From contig CAWGKG010000012.1 of NCBI GenBank assembly GCA_963823035.1, forward strand, positions 1-64,000: DNA of 64,000 bases, given 5' to 3'. The stretch comes from an uncultured Gemmatimonadales bacterium (lineage in GTDB: Bacteria; Gemmatimonadota; Gemmatimonadetes; Longimicrobiales; Gaopeijiaceae). A program made the translations under genes and the position numbers. Under the pieces are notes generated by a model. It searched no databases and was not told where the DNA came from. It saw only the letters and a program-made list of their open reading frames with translations. Shown here one piece after another: positions 30,371 through 44,476 of the stretch; the first letter of the stretch is position 1, and the number at the start of each line of letters is the position of its first letter.

Positions 30371-31123
30371 ATGCCGGCGGCGCGCGTCGTCCTTGCCGCC
30401 CTGATGCTGCTGGTGGGCATCGTGCTGTCGGCCTGCGCCGCCAAGCCGACCTCCGACGACCTGAGCGACGAGGACTATGTCGCCATTTCGAGACGGTCGC
30501 CTTCTATCGCGAGTTCGATCCCGAAAAGCGCTCGCGCAACGCCTGACCCGCTGGGAGACGCCGCTCAGGTCGCGCTGATCGGCGACGTCAGCGAGCGCTA
30601 CACCGACTACGCCCGCCGAACACCTGGCAGATATGCAGGCGCTGAGCGGGCTTTCGGTTGCCTTGTCGCCTCGACCATGCCAACGTCGTCGTCATCTTCT
30701 CACCCAAGCCGTTCGAGCGGGTCCTCGACGACCTATCCCGAGTCTACCGCAGTTTCTTCATCAGCGACCGCCGATGGAGCGCGATCACGCCAAGATGAAG
30801 CCCGAAGCGACCTGCTTCGCGCGGGCAATCACCGCGCCCGGCACCGACGAGATCGTACAGGCCGTCGCCGTCATCCCGACCGACCAGGGCCGCTTCGTCG
30901 TGCGTGCCTGCATCATCGAGGAACTGACCCAGGCGATGGGCCTGTTCAACGACTCCGACAAGATCGAACCGTCGATCTTCAACGACTCCAGCACCAACAT
31001 GATGCTGACCAACCACGACCGCATTCTGCTCCGCCTGCTCTACGACAAGCGGCTGCATCCGGGCATGACCTGGAGCAGGCCGAACCGATCGTGCGCCAGG
31101 TGGTCGCGGAATTGCGCGGCTGA
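30371..31123 (+). CDS. DUF2927-like lipoprotein, frameshifted
   Basis: LSAC lipobox; ACIIEELTQAMGLFND, SIFND, LLRLLYD.RL.PGMT. Confidence 0.75.
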   Translation: MPAARVVLAALMLLVGIVLSACAAKPTSDDLSDEDYVAISRRSPSIASSIPKSARATPDPLGDAAQVALIGDVSERYTDYARRTPGRYAGAERAFGCLVASTMPTSSSSSHPSRSSGSSTTYPESTAVSSSATADGARSRQDEARSDLLRAGNHRARHRRDRTGRRRHPDRPGPLRRACLHHRGTDPGDGPVQRLRQDRTVDLQRLQHQHDADQPRPHSAPPALRQAAASGHDLEQAEPIVRQVVAELRG

Positions 31124-31189
31124 CGTCCTCTCGCGTCGCGTGGGCGCCGCACGACGGGCATCCGCGCGCGAATTCCCCTGACAATTTGT

Positions 31190-31208
31190 ATTGCAAATCA
31201 TTCGCAAT
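31190..31208. promoter_or_regulatory. Fur-type box
   Basis: ATTGCAAAT-C-ATTCGCAAT, 9-1-9 palindrome with one mismatched pair, upstream of the imelysin operon. Confidence 0.7.
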
Positions 31209-31251
31209 CGCATTAGACACGTTCCCCGACATGCCAAGGGGACATGAACTC

Positions 31252-32547
<1,296 letters not shown>

Positions 32548-32559
32548 GACGGTCGTCGC

Positions 32560-34112
32560 AGTGGCCGGCGCACGCACGCACTCGCGCGCCGGCCCTGCTT
32601 GGCGCTGGCGCCGCTGCGTTGGTCCTGCCGTCGCGCCTGCTGCTGCGGCTGGACCGCGCCGACCGCGCTTGGCGCCGACGCCACCGCGATCACCGCGCCG
32701 ACGACCGACTTCACCAAGCCCGAGCGCTACGAGACCAACCAGGGCGGCGCCGCGCACCTACCGCGCACGCGTCAACGCCGACGTCTTCTCCCAGCCGTCG
32801 GCCAACATGTCGCTTCGAGCGACGCCTGCTGTTCAACGGTCGGCAACGGCTTGTTCCGCAGGTCTGGGTGACCGCGCCCGTCCTCGACCAGCCTCGGCCG
32901 ACGGCCTGGGGCCGCTCTACAACGCGCGCGCCTGCCAGCGCTGCCACCTGAAGGACGGGCGCGGCCATCCGCCGGCCGCCAACTGGCCCGACGACAACGC
33001 GGTCTCGATGTTCCTGCGGCCTCAGCGTCGCCGCCGCACGACCGACGCCGAGCGCGACGCTGGTCGCAGCGGCCGGCATCAACGTCATGCCCGACCCGAT
33101 CTACGGCGGCCAGCTGCAGGACTTCGCCGATCCCCGGCACTGCGGCCGAAGGCCACATGGTCATCGACCTACGACGGAGATCCCGGTCGACGCTGGCCGG
33201 CGGCGAGACCGTCACCCTGCGCGCGCCGACCTACAGCGTCGCCGATCTCGGCTACGGCCCGCATGCGCCCGGACGCTGATGATGTCGCCGCGCGTGGCGC
33301 CGCCGATGATCGGGCTGGGCCTGCTGGAGGCGATCGCCCGAGCCGACATCCTGGCCCACGCCGATCCCGACGACGCGGACGGCGACGGCATCTCCGGGCG
33401 GCCAACCGGGTCTGGAGCGAGCGAACGCGGCGAGATCGACGCTCGGCCGCTTCGGCTGGAAGGCGGGCGAGCCCGACCTCGATGCAGCAGAGCGGCCAGC
33501 GCCTTCACCGGCGACATCGGCCTCTCAACGCCGCTATGTCCGCTGCCCTGCGGGCGACTGCACCGCAGGCCGAGGCGGCCTGCCTGGCCGCGCCCGCACG
33601 GCGACGGCGAGCCGACGGCGCTCGAGGCCGCCGCCGAGGTCATGGAGCACGTCGCTCTTCTACACCCGCAACCTGGCGGTGCCGGCGCGCCGCGACGTCG
33701 GCGATCCGGCGGTGCTGGCCGGCAAGGAGCTGTTCTACGACGCCGGCTGCATCGCCTGCCACGCGCCGAAATACGTCACCGCGACCGCTGCCCGATCAGC
33801 CCGAGCAATCGCATCCAGCTGATCTGGCCCTATACCGACCTGCTGCTGCACGACATGGGCGACGGCCTGGCCGACGGCCGGCCCGAAGGCGAGGCCACGG
33901 GCAGCGAATGGCGCACGCCGCCGCTGTGGGGCATCGGCCTGACCGAGACCGTCAGCGGCCACACCTACTTCCTGCACGACGGGCGCGCGCGCAGCCTGAC
34001 TGGAGGCGATCCTGTGGCATGGCGGCGAGGCCCAGGCGGCGCGCGACCGCTTCGCCGCCATGGCCACGGCCGACGCGCCGACGCTCTGATCACCTTCCTG
34101 GAGTCGCTGTGA
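32560..34112 (+). CDS. Di-haem oxidoreductase family protein (DUF1111), frameshifted; start approximate
   Basis: DGLGPLYNARACQRCH, PRVAPPMIGLGLLEAI, CIACH, YTDLLLHDMG, EWRTPPLWGIG, LHDGRAR. Confidence 0.88.
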
Positions 34113-35220
34113 TGGCTGCCGCCGTCGACGCCTTGAAGTGCTCTCCTGCCGCCGGCCTGGTCGCCATGGCTGGCGCCCGGCCATCTTGTTCGCCGCCGAC
34201 CAACTGGCCGATGACGCTTTGCCGCCGTCAACCAACCTGGTCATCGGTACACGGCGCGCCCGCGCTATCCGGCTGTTCGCCGACGCCGCGTCGACGCTGC
34301 GCGGCACCCTTGACGGCATGCAGGCCGGCAAGGTCCCGCCTCGACCAGGCGTGCGGCGCCTTCGACAGCGCGCTCGAGGCCTGGATGGGCGTCCAGCACC
34401 TGCGCTTGGGCCGTCGAGGTAGAGGTGCGCGAGTTCCGCATCGAGTACTGGCCCGACAAGCAGAACCGCGTCGGCAAACAGCTCGACGAAGCGATCGCCA
34501 GCCAGCGGCCGGACCTGCTCGATCCCGCCGTGACTCGCCGGTGCCAGCGTCGCCCTGCAGGGCTTTCCCGGCGCTGGAGCGCCTGCTGTTCACGACCCGG
34601 TCGCACCCGGCAACTATGGCGGCAAGCTGGCCGCCGCGATCGGCGACAACCTGGCGACCATCGGCGGCGAGCTGGCGGCCGCCTGGCAGCCCGGCGCCAG
34701 CTTACCGCACGGCATGGTCGAGCCCGGCAGCGATCCAGATGCCGTATGCCACGGCGGCCCAGGACGACCGGCGCCTTGCTGACCGCCATGGCGACCCAGC
34801 TCGAGTTCGTCGCCGAGCGCAAGCTCGACGCGCCGCTGGGCGACACGCATCGACAAGGCCGGCCGCGCCTGGCCGAGTCCTGGCGCAGCGCGCCGCAGCA
34901 TGCCGCAACTGTCGCGTCAACCTGGACGCGCTGGCCGACCTCTTCGCCGGCCACGGCGTGCCGGGTCTGACGCGTTGTCGCCGAGGGCGCCGGACTGCCG
35001 ACGAGGCCACGACGGCGCTGATGACCGACCTCGACGACGCCATCGCCACGGCCTCGATCCTGCCGGACAGCATGGACGGGCTGCTCCAGACCGACGACGG
35101 GCGCGGCGCGCTCGCCGACGATCGCCGATCCGCTGAACGATGCGCGCCACGTGCTGATCGCGGCAGATCGCGCCGGCGCTTGGCCTCAACCTCGGGTTCA
35201 ACAGCCTCGATGGCGATTGA
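34112..35220 (+). CDS. Second imelysin family protein, frameshifted
   Basis: YWPDK, QG.PALE.LLF, KL.APLG, AESWRS, GFNSLDGD C-terminus. Confidence 0.8.
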
Positions 35221-36337
35221 CCGACGCAGTCTGCTCGCCGCCGTGGCCTCGCTGGTTCCCGCGAGCCTCCTGCGCCTCACCCCGGCGCACGCCGCGGCGA
35301 GCGTTCCGGCCGTGATCGGTGCTTGGCAGGACCCGACCGGCGGCTGCCATGCCGGCACCACGCGTTCGACCCTCGATGTTGGGCTGCCTGACCGCGGCCA
35401 CGACGTCGCACTGGCACCGGACGGCGCGACCGCCGTCGTCTTCGCCCGCCGCCCCGGCCGCTTCGCCGTCGTGCATCGACCTCTCGTCGGGCCGGGCGCA
35501 TGCAGACCGCTGTGGAAGCCAACCCGGGCGTCACTTCTACGGCCACGGCACGTTTTCGGCCGACGGCAGCCTGCTGTTCGCGACCGAGAACGCCTAGGAG
35601 ACCGGCGACGGCCGTATTGCGATCTACGACGTACGCGACGGTTACCGCCGGATCGGCGACTGGCCGAGCCACGGCATCGGCCCCCACGACATGACGCTGT
35701 CGGCCGACGGCAGCGCCCTCATCGTCGGCAACGGCGGCGTGCGCGACCCACCCCGACCACGACCGCGACAAGCTCAACCTGCAAGACCATGCAGCCTTGC
35801 GTCGCCCTGCTCGACGCCGCCGACGGCCGCCTGCTGGCCCAGGCCACGCCGCCCGCGGAGCTGCACCGGCTCTCGACACGCCATGTCGCGACGGCACCGG
35901 ACGGGCTGATCGCCGTCGGCATGCAATGGGAGGGCGACCTCGGCGATGCGGTGCCGCTGGTGGCGACCTGGGACGGTACGGGCGGGCTCGTCTTCGCCGA
36001 CGAGATGGCGCCAGCCAGCCTGGCGCTCGCCGGCTACACCGGCGCGATCGCCTTCGACGGCTCAGGCCGGACCATCGCCGCCACATCGCCGGTCGGGCAC
36101 AGCGTCGGCCTGTGGGCACGCGACGGCCTGGAGCCGCTGGCCAGCATCCCGATTCCGGAGACCTGCGGCCTGTGCGCCGACGATGGCGCCGGTAGCTTTC
36201 TCGCTTCTTCCGGCATCGGCGGCATCTTCCGGGTTACGGCCGACGGCACGAGCACGCCCCTGCCCGGCGACGCCATCGCGTCGCGCGGCTGGGACAACCA
36301 CCTGCGGCGGCTGATCCCCATCCGCGGTGACGCATGA
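35210..36337 (+). CDS. DUF1513 family protein (Tat signal)
   Basis: IDRRSLL, LPDRGH, FARRPG, HFYGHG.FSADG, GIGPHD, LSTRH, WDNHL. Confidence 0.88.
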   Translation: MAIDRRSLLAAVASLVPASLLRLTPAHAAASVPAVIGAWQDPTGGCHAGTTRSTLDVGLPDRGHDVALAPDGATAVVFARRPGRFAVVHRPLVGPGACRPLWKPTRASLLRPRHVFGRRQPAVRDRERLGDRRRPYCDLRRTRRLPPDRRLAEPRHRPPRHDAVGRRQRPHRRQRRRARPTPTTTATSSTCKTMQPCVALLDAADGRLLAQATPPAELHRLSTRHVATAPDGLIAVGMQWEGDLGDAVPLVATWDGTGGLVFADEMAPASLALAGYTGAIAFDGSGRTIAATSPVGHSVGLWARDGLEPLASIPIPETCGLCADDGAGSFLASSGIGGIFRVTADGTSTPLPGDAIASRGWDNHLRRLIPIRGDA

Positions 36338-36348
36338 AAGCAAACGGC

Positions 36349-37401
36349 TCAGGCCCTCGCGGCGAGCACGATCACCCGGTCGACGGCGGCAGGGTCAGTG
36401 TTGAAGGCGGTGACCAGCCGGATCGAACCGCGGCCCTCGCCGTCCGGCGTGATCGGGTACAGGCCGATGCCGTCGGCGACCAGCGCATCGTAGGTCGCGA
36501 CCGGCATCTTCAGGAAGATCTCGTTGGCCTGGACCGGATAGACGAGATCGATGCCGTCGATCGCCGCAAGTCCCTCGGACAGGCGCGTGGCCTGGGCGTT
36601 GGCGTGGCCCGCCCAGGCAAGCCAGCGGCCGTCCTCCAGATAGGCTTCGAGCTGGCAGGAAAGGAAGCGCATCTTGCTGTAGAGCTGGCCGGCGCGCTTG
36701 TGCAGGCGGTGCAGGCCGGCAGGTGCTCCCGCATGTGGCCGAACACGACCATGCGCCTCGACCGCCAGGCAGCCGTTCTTGGTCGCGCCGAAGGAGAGCA
36801 CGTCGACGCCGGCCGCCAGGTCAGATCGGCCGGGCTGCAGCCCAGCGCCGCGACCGCGTTGGCGAAGCGCGCGCCGTCCATGTGGAAGGCAAGACCCAGC
36901 TCGCGCGCCAGCCGGCCGAAGCCCGCGACCTCGTCGACGCGAATAGAGTGTGCCGGTCTCGGTCGACTGGGTGATCGAAACGACCGTCGACGCATGCGGA
37001 TGGTGGACATCCTCGGCCGGGAAGCGGTTGCCGCCTTGCGCGCGGTCTCGACCGAAGCCTGCCGTTGTCGCTCGGCATCAGATGACGAGCTTGGCGCCGC
37101 CGGTAAAGAACTCCGGCCCGTTCGCCTCGTCGACACGATATGCGCGCTCCTCGCTGCAAAAGACCTCGCCCCAGGGCGGCGTCAGCAGGGAAAGGCACAG
37201 GCAGTTGGCGATCGTGCCGGTGCCGACCGGCAGGACCGAGACCTCGGTCCCGAACAGCTCGGAGAACCGCCGTTCGAGGCTGAGGCTCAGCGCGTCGTCG
37301 CCGTAGGAGTGGACGCCGCCCTCGTTGGCGGCGGCGATCGCCGCCAGAATCTCCGGCGCGATCCCGGTGACGTTGTCACTGCCGAAATGAGCCTTGGCCA
37401 T
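36349..37401 (-). CDS. ltaE: Low-specificity L-threonine aldolase, frameshifted
   Basis: FGSDN, YGDD, TGT.AN, HMDGARFANA, SFGATKNG, SKMRF. Confidence 0.85.
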
Positions 37402-37732
37402 GGTCGTTCCCTGATTCGCTGCGCGGCACCAGCTCCAGGGTGCCGAGGACTTCTCCGGTCGCCCGGTCGACGGTCATGATGGTCTGCGCCCCGCCCGGCA
37501 GGTCGACCAGCAGGGAGAGCCGGTCGCCGTCGCCGGTCATGGCCGCGATGTGGCCGCCGGCCGGCAGCGCCACGGCGACATCGGCGAGCTTGTCGGCCGA
37601 CGCCGTCGTCGCGGGCGTGCTGACCTTGCCGACCTTGTTCGACGATCCCCACACCAGGACCACGACGAGTCCGACGATGACGAAGCCCAGGCCGATCACG
37701 ACGGCTTTGATCGTGGTATGACCGCGGTCCAT
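37376..37732 (-). CDS. Hypothetical single-TM protein
   Basis: KAVVIGLGFVIVG.VVVLVW followed by LPAG...VD.ATG..LG. Confidence 0.65.
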   Translation of the reverse strand: MDRGHTTIKAVVIGLGFVIVGLVVVLVWGSSNKVGKVSTPATTASADKLADVAVALPAGGHIAAMTGDGDRLSLLVDLPGGAQTIMTVDRATGEVLGTLELVPRSESGNDHGQGSFRQ

Positions 37733-37786
37733 GGTGGTCTCCGACCCCGAAACTCCGGCATGGCGTGGCGGCAAAGGCAACGACCG

Positions 37787-38794
37787 TTGAGCGAACGACG
37801 TACCCTGGACCACTTGGTGACCGCGGAGCAGGCCGGCGGCCGGCTCGACCGCGTGCTGGCCGCAGGGCCATGCCGGAACTGTCGCGCGCCCGCATCCAGG
37901 CGCTGATCGAAGACGGCCGCCTGATTGCAGGCGGCGCGACGATAACGGACGCCAACTACCGGGTCAAACCGGGCGAGCGCCTGACCCTGAAGATCCCGCC
38001 GGCGCGCCCGGCGCGGCCCGAGGCCCAGGCGATTCCGCTCACCATCGTCTACGAGGACGACGACATCCTGGTCGTGTCGACAAGCCGGCCGGGCTGGTCG
38101 TCCACCCGGCCGCCGGGCAACCCGGACGGCACCCTGGTCAACGCCCTGATCGCCCATTGCGGCGACAGCCTGTCGGGCATCGGCGGCGAGAAGCGGCCGG
38201 GCATCGTCCACCGGCTGGACAAGGACACCAGCGGCCTGATGGTCGTCGCCAAGACCGACGCGGCCCATATCGCGCCTCTCCGCGCAGTTCGCCGCACGCG
38301 CACGCATCGACGCGCGCACTACGTCGCCCTGGTCTGGGGCGTGCCGCGCGCCGACCAGCGGGCGAGATCGAGGGCAACATCGGGCGCAGCCCGCGCAACC
38401 GCAAGAAGATGGCGGTGGTCGCAGCGCGGCGGCAAGCCGGCGCTGACCCGCTATCGCGGTCGAGCGCGGTCTGCGGGCGGCCGGCGCAGCCTGGTCGCCT
38501 GCCGGCTGGCGACCGGCCGCACCCACCAGATCCGCGTCCATATGGCCCATATCGGCCATCCGCGTGCTCGGCGACCCGCTCTACGGCGCGCGGCCGCCGG
38601 CCCGTCGCGCGAGCGCTGCCGAGCCGAGCGCGCGCGCGCTGGTCGGCGGCTTCGACCGCCAGGCGCTCCACGCCCGCCTGCTCGGCTTTCACCATCCCGC
38701 GACAGGTGAGCCTGCTGGACTTCGACAGCGTCCTGCCGGACGACATGGCGAGCGCTTGATCGAGGCTCTGGAGTCGACGTCTACCCTCAGCTGA
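37787..38794 (+). CDS. rluD: RluA family 23S rRNA pseudouridine synthase, frameshifted
   Basis: RLDR.LA, SRARIQ.LI, GTLVNAL, RPGIVHRLDKDTSG, TGRTHQIRVH, RQALHA. Confidence 0.92.
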
Positions 38795-38917
38795 CATAAA
38801 GTTGACTTCTAGCAGTCGGATATATATCGACTCAGTGCCTGCCGCTACATCAGGAGGCATGCCTGCACTCCATCGCCCGGGCATGACGCCCGTGGCAGAC
38901 CGGAAGTAGGACGATCC

Positions 38918-39819
38918 ATGGCTCAGTTGCCAGCCTTCCCTGCATCGACGCCCGAGAGCAACCTGTCGCGGCTACCTGCAGCGAAATCCGCAAGTTCCCG
39001 ATGCTCGAGCAGGACGAGGAGTTCATGCTCGCCAAGCGCTGGCGGAGGACGGCGACTCCGAAGCCGCCCACGAGCTGGTGACCAGCCATCTGCGCCTGGT
39101 CGCCAAGATCGCCATGGGCTATCGCGGCTACGGCCTGCCGATCGCCGAGCTGATCTCCGAGGGCAACGTCGGCCTGATGCAGGCGGTCAAGCGGTTCGAC
39201 CCGGACAAGCGGTTTCCGCCTGGCGACCTACGCCATGTGGTGGATCCGCGCGGCGATCCAGGAATACATCCTGCATTCCTGGTCGCTGGTGAAGATGGGC
39301 ACCACGGCGGCGCAGAAGAAGCTGTTCTTCAACCTGCGCAAGCTGAAGGGCCAGATCCAGGCGATCGAGGAAGGCGACCTGCCGGCCCGAGACAGGTGAC
39401 CGAGATCGCCGACGCAGCTCGACGTGCCCGAGCAGGACGTCGTCTCGATGAACCGGCGCCTGTCGAGCCCCGACCATTCGCTCAACGCGCCGCTGCAGCA
39501 GGACGGCGACGGCGAGTGGCAGGACTGGCTGGTCGACGAGAGCGACAACCAGGAAGACACGCTCGCCGACCGCGAGGAACTGGACGAGCGCCGCGCAGCT
39601 GCTGGCCGAGGCGCCATGGAGAGCCTGAACGAGCGCGAGCGCCACATCCTCGACCGAGCGGCGCCTGACGGAGGACCCGACGACGCTGGAGGAGCTGTCG
39701 CCAGGAATACGGCATCAGCCGCGAGCGCGTGCGCCAGATCGAGGTCCGCGCCTTCGAGAAGCTGCAGAAGGCGGTCGCGCAACGCCGCCACGGAGCGGCG
39801 CAACGCGGTGGCGCAGTAG
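38918..39819 (+). CDS. rpoH: RNA polymerase sigma-32
   Basis: [40 protein letters not shown] (RpoH box), SRERVRQIE. Confidence 0.95.
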
Positions 39820-39827
39820 GCGAACGC

Positions 39828-40172
39828 CTACTGCTGCTGGCTTTGGCTCGCCGCGCTGGCGCTGTCAGGGCACTGCACGTCGAAGCACAGACCGTCGGTC
39901 TTGCGCTGGTCCGGGCTTTCCTGGCAGCAGATGTCCTCGACCGACTGGGCGCCGGCGTTCTCCGGCGCGACGGTCTGGTTGGCATCCGGCGCGGTCGAGA
40001 ACTCCATGATGACGATGTCGTCCTTGGGCTTGGGCTTCGGCGAGGTGTCGAACAGGCCCTGGGTGTCGTCGGCGAACTGCGCCCGGGCCGCGGTCGTGGC
40101 CCCGGCCAGCGCCAGGGCGCCTGCGACAAGTATCGCCAGGGGCCATCGGCGCGCTCGGTGATCCATTGGCAT
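39828..40172 (-). CDS. Small exported hypothetical protein with four C-terminal Cys
   Basis: Signal peptide ending ARA; ICCQ...LC...C. Confidence 0.65.
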   Translation of the reverse strand: MPMDHRARRWPLAILVAGALALAGATTAARAQFADDTQGLFDTSPKPKPKDDIVIMEFSTAPDANQTVAPENAGAQSVEDICCQESPDQRKTDGLCFDVQCPDSASAASQSQQQ

Positions 40173-40195
40173 CGCTCCTCCCGGCAACGGCTGCG

Positions 40196-41502
40196 TCAGT
40201 CGGCGAAGGGGTCGGTCACAGGATGGTGTCGTCGCGCTGCGGGCTGGTGGACAGCAGGGCCACCGGCGCCCCGATCAGCTCCTCGATGCGGCGGACGTAT
40301 TTGATGCGGTGGCCGGCAGCTCGGCCCAGGAGCGCGCGCCCTGGGTGCTTTCGCTCCAGCCTTCCAGGGTCTCGTAGATCGGCTCGACGCCGGCCTGCAC
40401 GTGGGGCGCGGCCGGCAGGTGGTCGAGCGTGTCGCCGCGGTAGCGATAGCCGATGCAGACCTTGAGCGTCGGCGATGCCGTCGAGCACGTCGAGCTTGGT
40501 CAGCGCGATGCCGTCGATGCCGCCGACCTTGATCGCCTGGCGCACCAGCACCGCGTCGAACCAGCCGCAGCGCCGCGGCCGGCCGGTCACCGTGCCGAAC
40601 TCGTGGCCGCGCTCGCCCAGAGGCTGGCCGATCTCGTTGTCGACTGCTCGGTCGGGAACGGCCCGGCGCCGACCCGGGTCGTGTAGGCCTTGGTGATGCC
40701 CAGCACGTAGTCGATGCGCGCCCGGCCCCATGCCGGCGCCGGCCGCCGCCTGCGCCGGCCACGGTGTTGGACGAGGTGACAAGGGATAGGTGCCGTGATC
40801 GACGTCGAGCAAGGCGCCCTGCGCGCCCTCGAACAGGATGCGCGCGCCCGCGCCGGCGCGCCTCGTCGAGCCGCCGCCAGACCGGCTCGGCGATAGGGCA
40901 GCAGTCTGCGGCGCGATCTCGCATGCAGGCTGTCGATCAGGCGCGTCGCGGTCGACCGGCTGCCGTCGCCCATGCCGCGGCGCAGCGCGTCGTGGTGCAG
41001 CAGCAGCATCGTCGACCTTGTGCGGCCAGGTCGCCTGGTCGGCCAGGTCGCAGACCCGGATGCGCGCGGCGCGCCACCTTGTCCTCATAGGCCGGCCCGA
41101 TGCCGCGCCCGGTCGTGCCGATCTTGCGCGCTCGCCGCGCGGCTCCTCGCGCGCGCGGTCCAGTCGCCGTGGAGCGGCAGGATCAGCGCCGCGTTCTCGG
41201 CGACCAGCAGGTTGTCCGGCGTCGATGGCGACGCCCTGGCTCTCGATCCGCTCGATCTCCTCGAACAGCGCCCAGGGATCGACGACGACGCCGTTGCCGA
41301 TGATCGACAGCTTGCCCGGCGCACCACGCCCGACGGCAGCAGCGACAGCTTGTAGGTCTGGTTGTCGATCGACCAGCGTGTGGCCGGCGTTGTGGCCGCC
41401 CTGGAAGCGCACGACCACGTCGGCGCGCTCCGACAGCCAGTCGACGATCTTGCCCTTGCCCTCGTCGCCCCATTGGGAGCCGACGACCGCTACGTTCGCC
41501 AT
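40196..41502 (-). CDS. purA: Adenylosuccinate synthetase, heavily frameshifted
   Basis: [42 protein letters not shown]. Confidence 0.96.
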
Positions 41503-41612
41503 CCGGACATACTCCCCGTTTTTGCAGGCGCGGGACTATACATGGCCGGGTGGAGGTTGAAAGGGCCAGACGCGCTCCTTCTGCCCAAGGGGATGTCATC
41601 CCCCCGGGACGC

Positions 41613-43221
41613 TCAGAACACCAGCGGCACGGCCTGGCTCACGCCCTCGGCGGCCGCGGATCGCTCCAGCACCGCCGCGCGGAATGGCCTCGTCGACGCT
41701 GATCAGCGCGATGGCGTCGCCGCCCGGCCCGGCGCGGCCCAGGTGGAAGGTCGCGATGTTGACCCCGGCGTCGCCCAGGGTCTTGCCCAGAAAGCCGATG
41801 ATGCCCGGCACGTCCTCGGTTGGTGATGTAGAGCATGTGGCGGCTCAGCTCGGCCTCGACCCGGATGCCCTTGACCTCGACGATGCGCGGCCGGCTGTCG
41901 GCGAACAGGGTGCCCGCGACGACGCGGGTGCGGCGCTCGGTGCGTCACCGTCAGCCGTATCAGGGTCAGGTAGTCGCCGCGCCGGTCGTGGCTGACCTCC
42001 GAGACCGCGATGTCGCGCTGCCTGCGCGACCACCGGCGCGTTCACCATGTTGACCGATTCGACCATGGGCGCGAGCAGGCCGGCGAGCGCCGCCTGGCGT
42101 GAGCGGCCGGCGTGTTGAGCTCCGGCGACGTGGCCCTCGTACTCGATGGTGACGCGCGTTGACGCCGGTTTCGCGTGAGCTGGCCGGCGAAACTGCCGAG
42201 CTGCTGCGCGAGCGCCATGTAGGGCTTCAGCTGCGGCGCCTCCTCGGCGGTGATCGACGGGCATGTTGAGCGCGTTGCATGACGGCGCCGGTGAGCAGGT
42301 AGTCGGCCATCTGCTCGGCGACCTGGCAGGGCGACGTTCTCCTGGGCCTCGGCGGTGGAGGCGCCCAGATGCGGCGTCGCGACCACGTTCTCCAGCTCGA
42401 ACAGCGGGTTGCCGCGGGCGGCTCCGTCGGCGAAGACGTCGAGCGCGGCGCCGGCGACATGGCCGGCCTCGCAGGCCGCCTGCAGCGCCGCCTCGTCCAC
42501 GATCCCGCCGCGCGCGCAGTTGATGAGGCGCGACGCCGGGCTTGGTCCGCGCCAGCGGCGTCGGCGTCGATCAGGTCGCGGGTCGCATCGTTGAGCGGCG
42601 CGTGCAGCGTGATGACGTCGGCGCGCGCCAGCAGCTCGTCCAGGTCGACCCGCTCGACACCCAGGTCGCGCGGCCCGCTCGTCGGAGCAGGAAGGGATCG
42701 TAGGCGAGGACCCGCATGCGCAGGCCCGAGCGCCCGCTCGGCGACGATCGAGCCGATATTGCCGCAGCCGACCAGGCCCAGCACCTTGCCGGCGAGCTCG
42801 ATGCCGACGAAGCGGCGACTTCTCCCACTTGCCGCGCGCGCGTCGAGCGGTCGGCGGCCGGGATCTGGCGCGCCAGCGCCAACATCATGGCGATCGCATG
42901 CTCGGCCGTCGTGATCGGCGTTGCCGAAGGGCGTGTTCATGACGACGACGCCGCGCTGGGTGGCGGCGGCGACGTCGATGTTGTCGACGCCGATACCGGC
43001 GCGCCCGATGACCTTGAGCTCGGCTCGCCGCGGCCATGACCTCGGCGGTCGGCCTTGGTCGCGGAGCGCACGGCAGGCCGTCGTAGCCGCCGATCGCGGC
43101 GATCAGGGCGTCGGGCTTCATGCCGGTCTGCGACGTCGACCTCGATGCCGCGTTCGCGGAAGATGTCGGCGGCGTCCTGGCTCAGGGCGTCGGCGATCAG
43201 GACCTTCGGGCATGCGCTCAT
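41613..43221 (-). CDS. serA: D-3-phosphoglycerate dehydrogenase (long type with ACT domain), heavily frameshifted
   Basis: [43 protein letters not shown]. Confidence 0.94.
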
Positions 43222-44399
43222 GACGCTGCTCCCGTCCTCGGACGTCGGTCTTCCGTGGCTAGCCCAGTCGAGCCAGGGCAGCAGCGCTTCGATATCGGCG
43301 GTGTCGACGGTGGCGCCGCCCCAGATGCGCAGGCCCGGCGGCGCGCTCGCGGTAGGCGCCGATATCGTAGGCGACGCCCTCGGCCTCCAGCAGCGTCGGC
43401 CATCGCCTTGGCACGGTCGGCCGGCGTCGGCGCATCGCACCAGGATCGTCGATCAGGCACATCGAGGTGCGGCGAGCGGGTGGCCGGATCCGCGGCCAGG
43501 AAGTCGATCCAGTCGTGCGCGTCGACCCAGCGGCGAGGGCGGCGAGATTGGCGTCGCGAGCGCGCGATCAGCGCCGTCGAGGCCGCCGATGCCGTTCGGC
43601 CCAGTGCAGGCCGTCGAGCGCATCCTCGACGCACAGCATGGAGGGCGTGTTGATGGTCTCGCCGCGCGAACACGCCTTCGATCAGCTTGCCGCCCTTGGT
43701 CAGGCGGAAGATCTTCGGCAGCGGCCGCGGCGGGACGTAGGTCTCCAGGCGCTCGACCGCGCGCGGGCTGAAGCACCAGCATGCCGTGGGCGCGCCTCGC
43801 CGCCCAGCACCTTCTGCCAGGACCAGGTGACGACGTCGAGCTTGTCCCAGGGCAGCGCCATGGCGAAGGCGGCCGAGGTCGCGTCGCAGATCGGCAAGCC
43901 CTTCGCGGTCGTCGGCGATCCAGTCGCCGTCGGGCACGCGCACGCCCGAGGTCGTGCCGTTCCAGGTGAAGACCACGTCGCGCGACCAGTCGACCTGCGC
44001 CGAGGTCCGGCAGCTCGCCGTATTCGGCCTCGAGGATGCGCGCGTCGTCGAGCGCGAGCTGCTTCGCGCACGTCGGTGACCCAGTCCTTGCCGAAGCTCT
44101 CCCAGGCCAGCATGTCGACGCCGCGCGGGCCGAGCAGCGACCACAGCGCCATCTCGACCGCGCCGGTGTCGGACGCCGGCACGATGGCCAACCGGTAGTC
44201 GTCGGGCAGGCCGAGCAGTCGCGCGTCTGCGTCGATCACCTCGGCGAGCTTCGCCTTGCCCGCCTTGGCGCGGTGCGAGCGGCCCAGGAACGCATCGTTC
44301 GAGCGCGGCGGGCGACCAGCCCGGCCGCTTGGCACAGGGGCCGGACGAGAAAAAGGGCCGTGCGGGACGGCGCGTCGGCTTGGCTTGGCTCATGGTCAT
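43218..44399 (-). CDS. serC: Phosphoserine aminotransferase, heavily frameshifted
   Basis: [56 protein letters not shown]. Confidence 0.94.
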   Translation of the reverse strand: MTMSQAKPTRRPARPFFSSGPCAKRPGWSPAALERCVPGPLAPRQGGQGEARRGDRRRRATARPARRLPVGHRAGVRHRRGRDGAVVAARPARRRHAGLGELRQGLGHRRARSSSRSTTRASSRPNTASCRTSAQVDWSRDVVFTWNGTTSGVRVPDGDWIADDREGLADLRRDLGRLRHGAALGQARRRHLVLAEGAGRRGAPTACWCFSPRAVERLETYVPPRPLPKIFRLTKGGKLIEGVFARRDHQHALHAVRRGCARRPALGRTASAASTALIARSRRQSRRPRRWVDAHDWIDFLAADPATRSPHLDVPDRRSWCDAPTPADRAKAMADAAGGRGRRLRYRRLPRARRRACASGAAPPSTPPISKRCCPGSTGLATEDRRPRTGAAS

Positions 44400-44476
44400 G
44401 CGTCCGCGAGACGCGGATCCCCGGTCTGTGGTCAGGTCACTAGGGCAATCGCGGCGGGCGCGCGTTCCTTAGCACA

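Noticed and set aside
40196..44399. Apparent pseudogenisation of purA, serA and serC (also glmM, ftsH, tol genes)
   Set aside because: Core or essential genes with all motifs retained; sequencing or consensus error is far more likely
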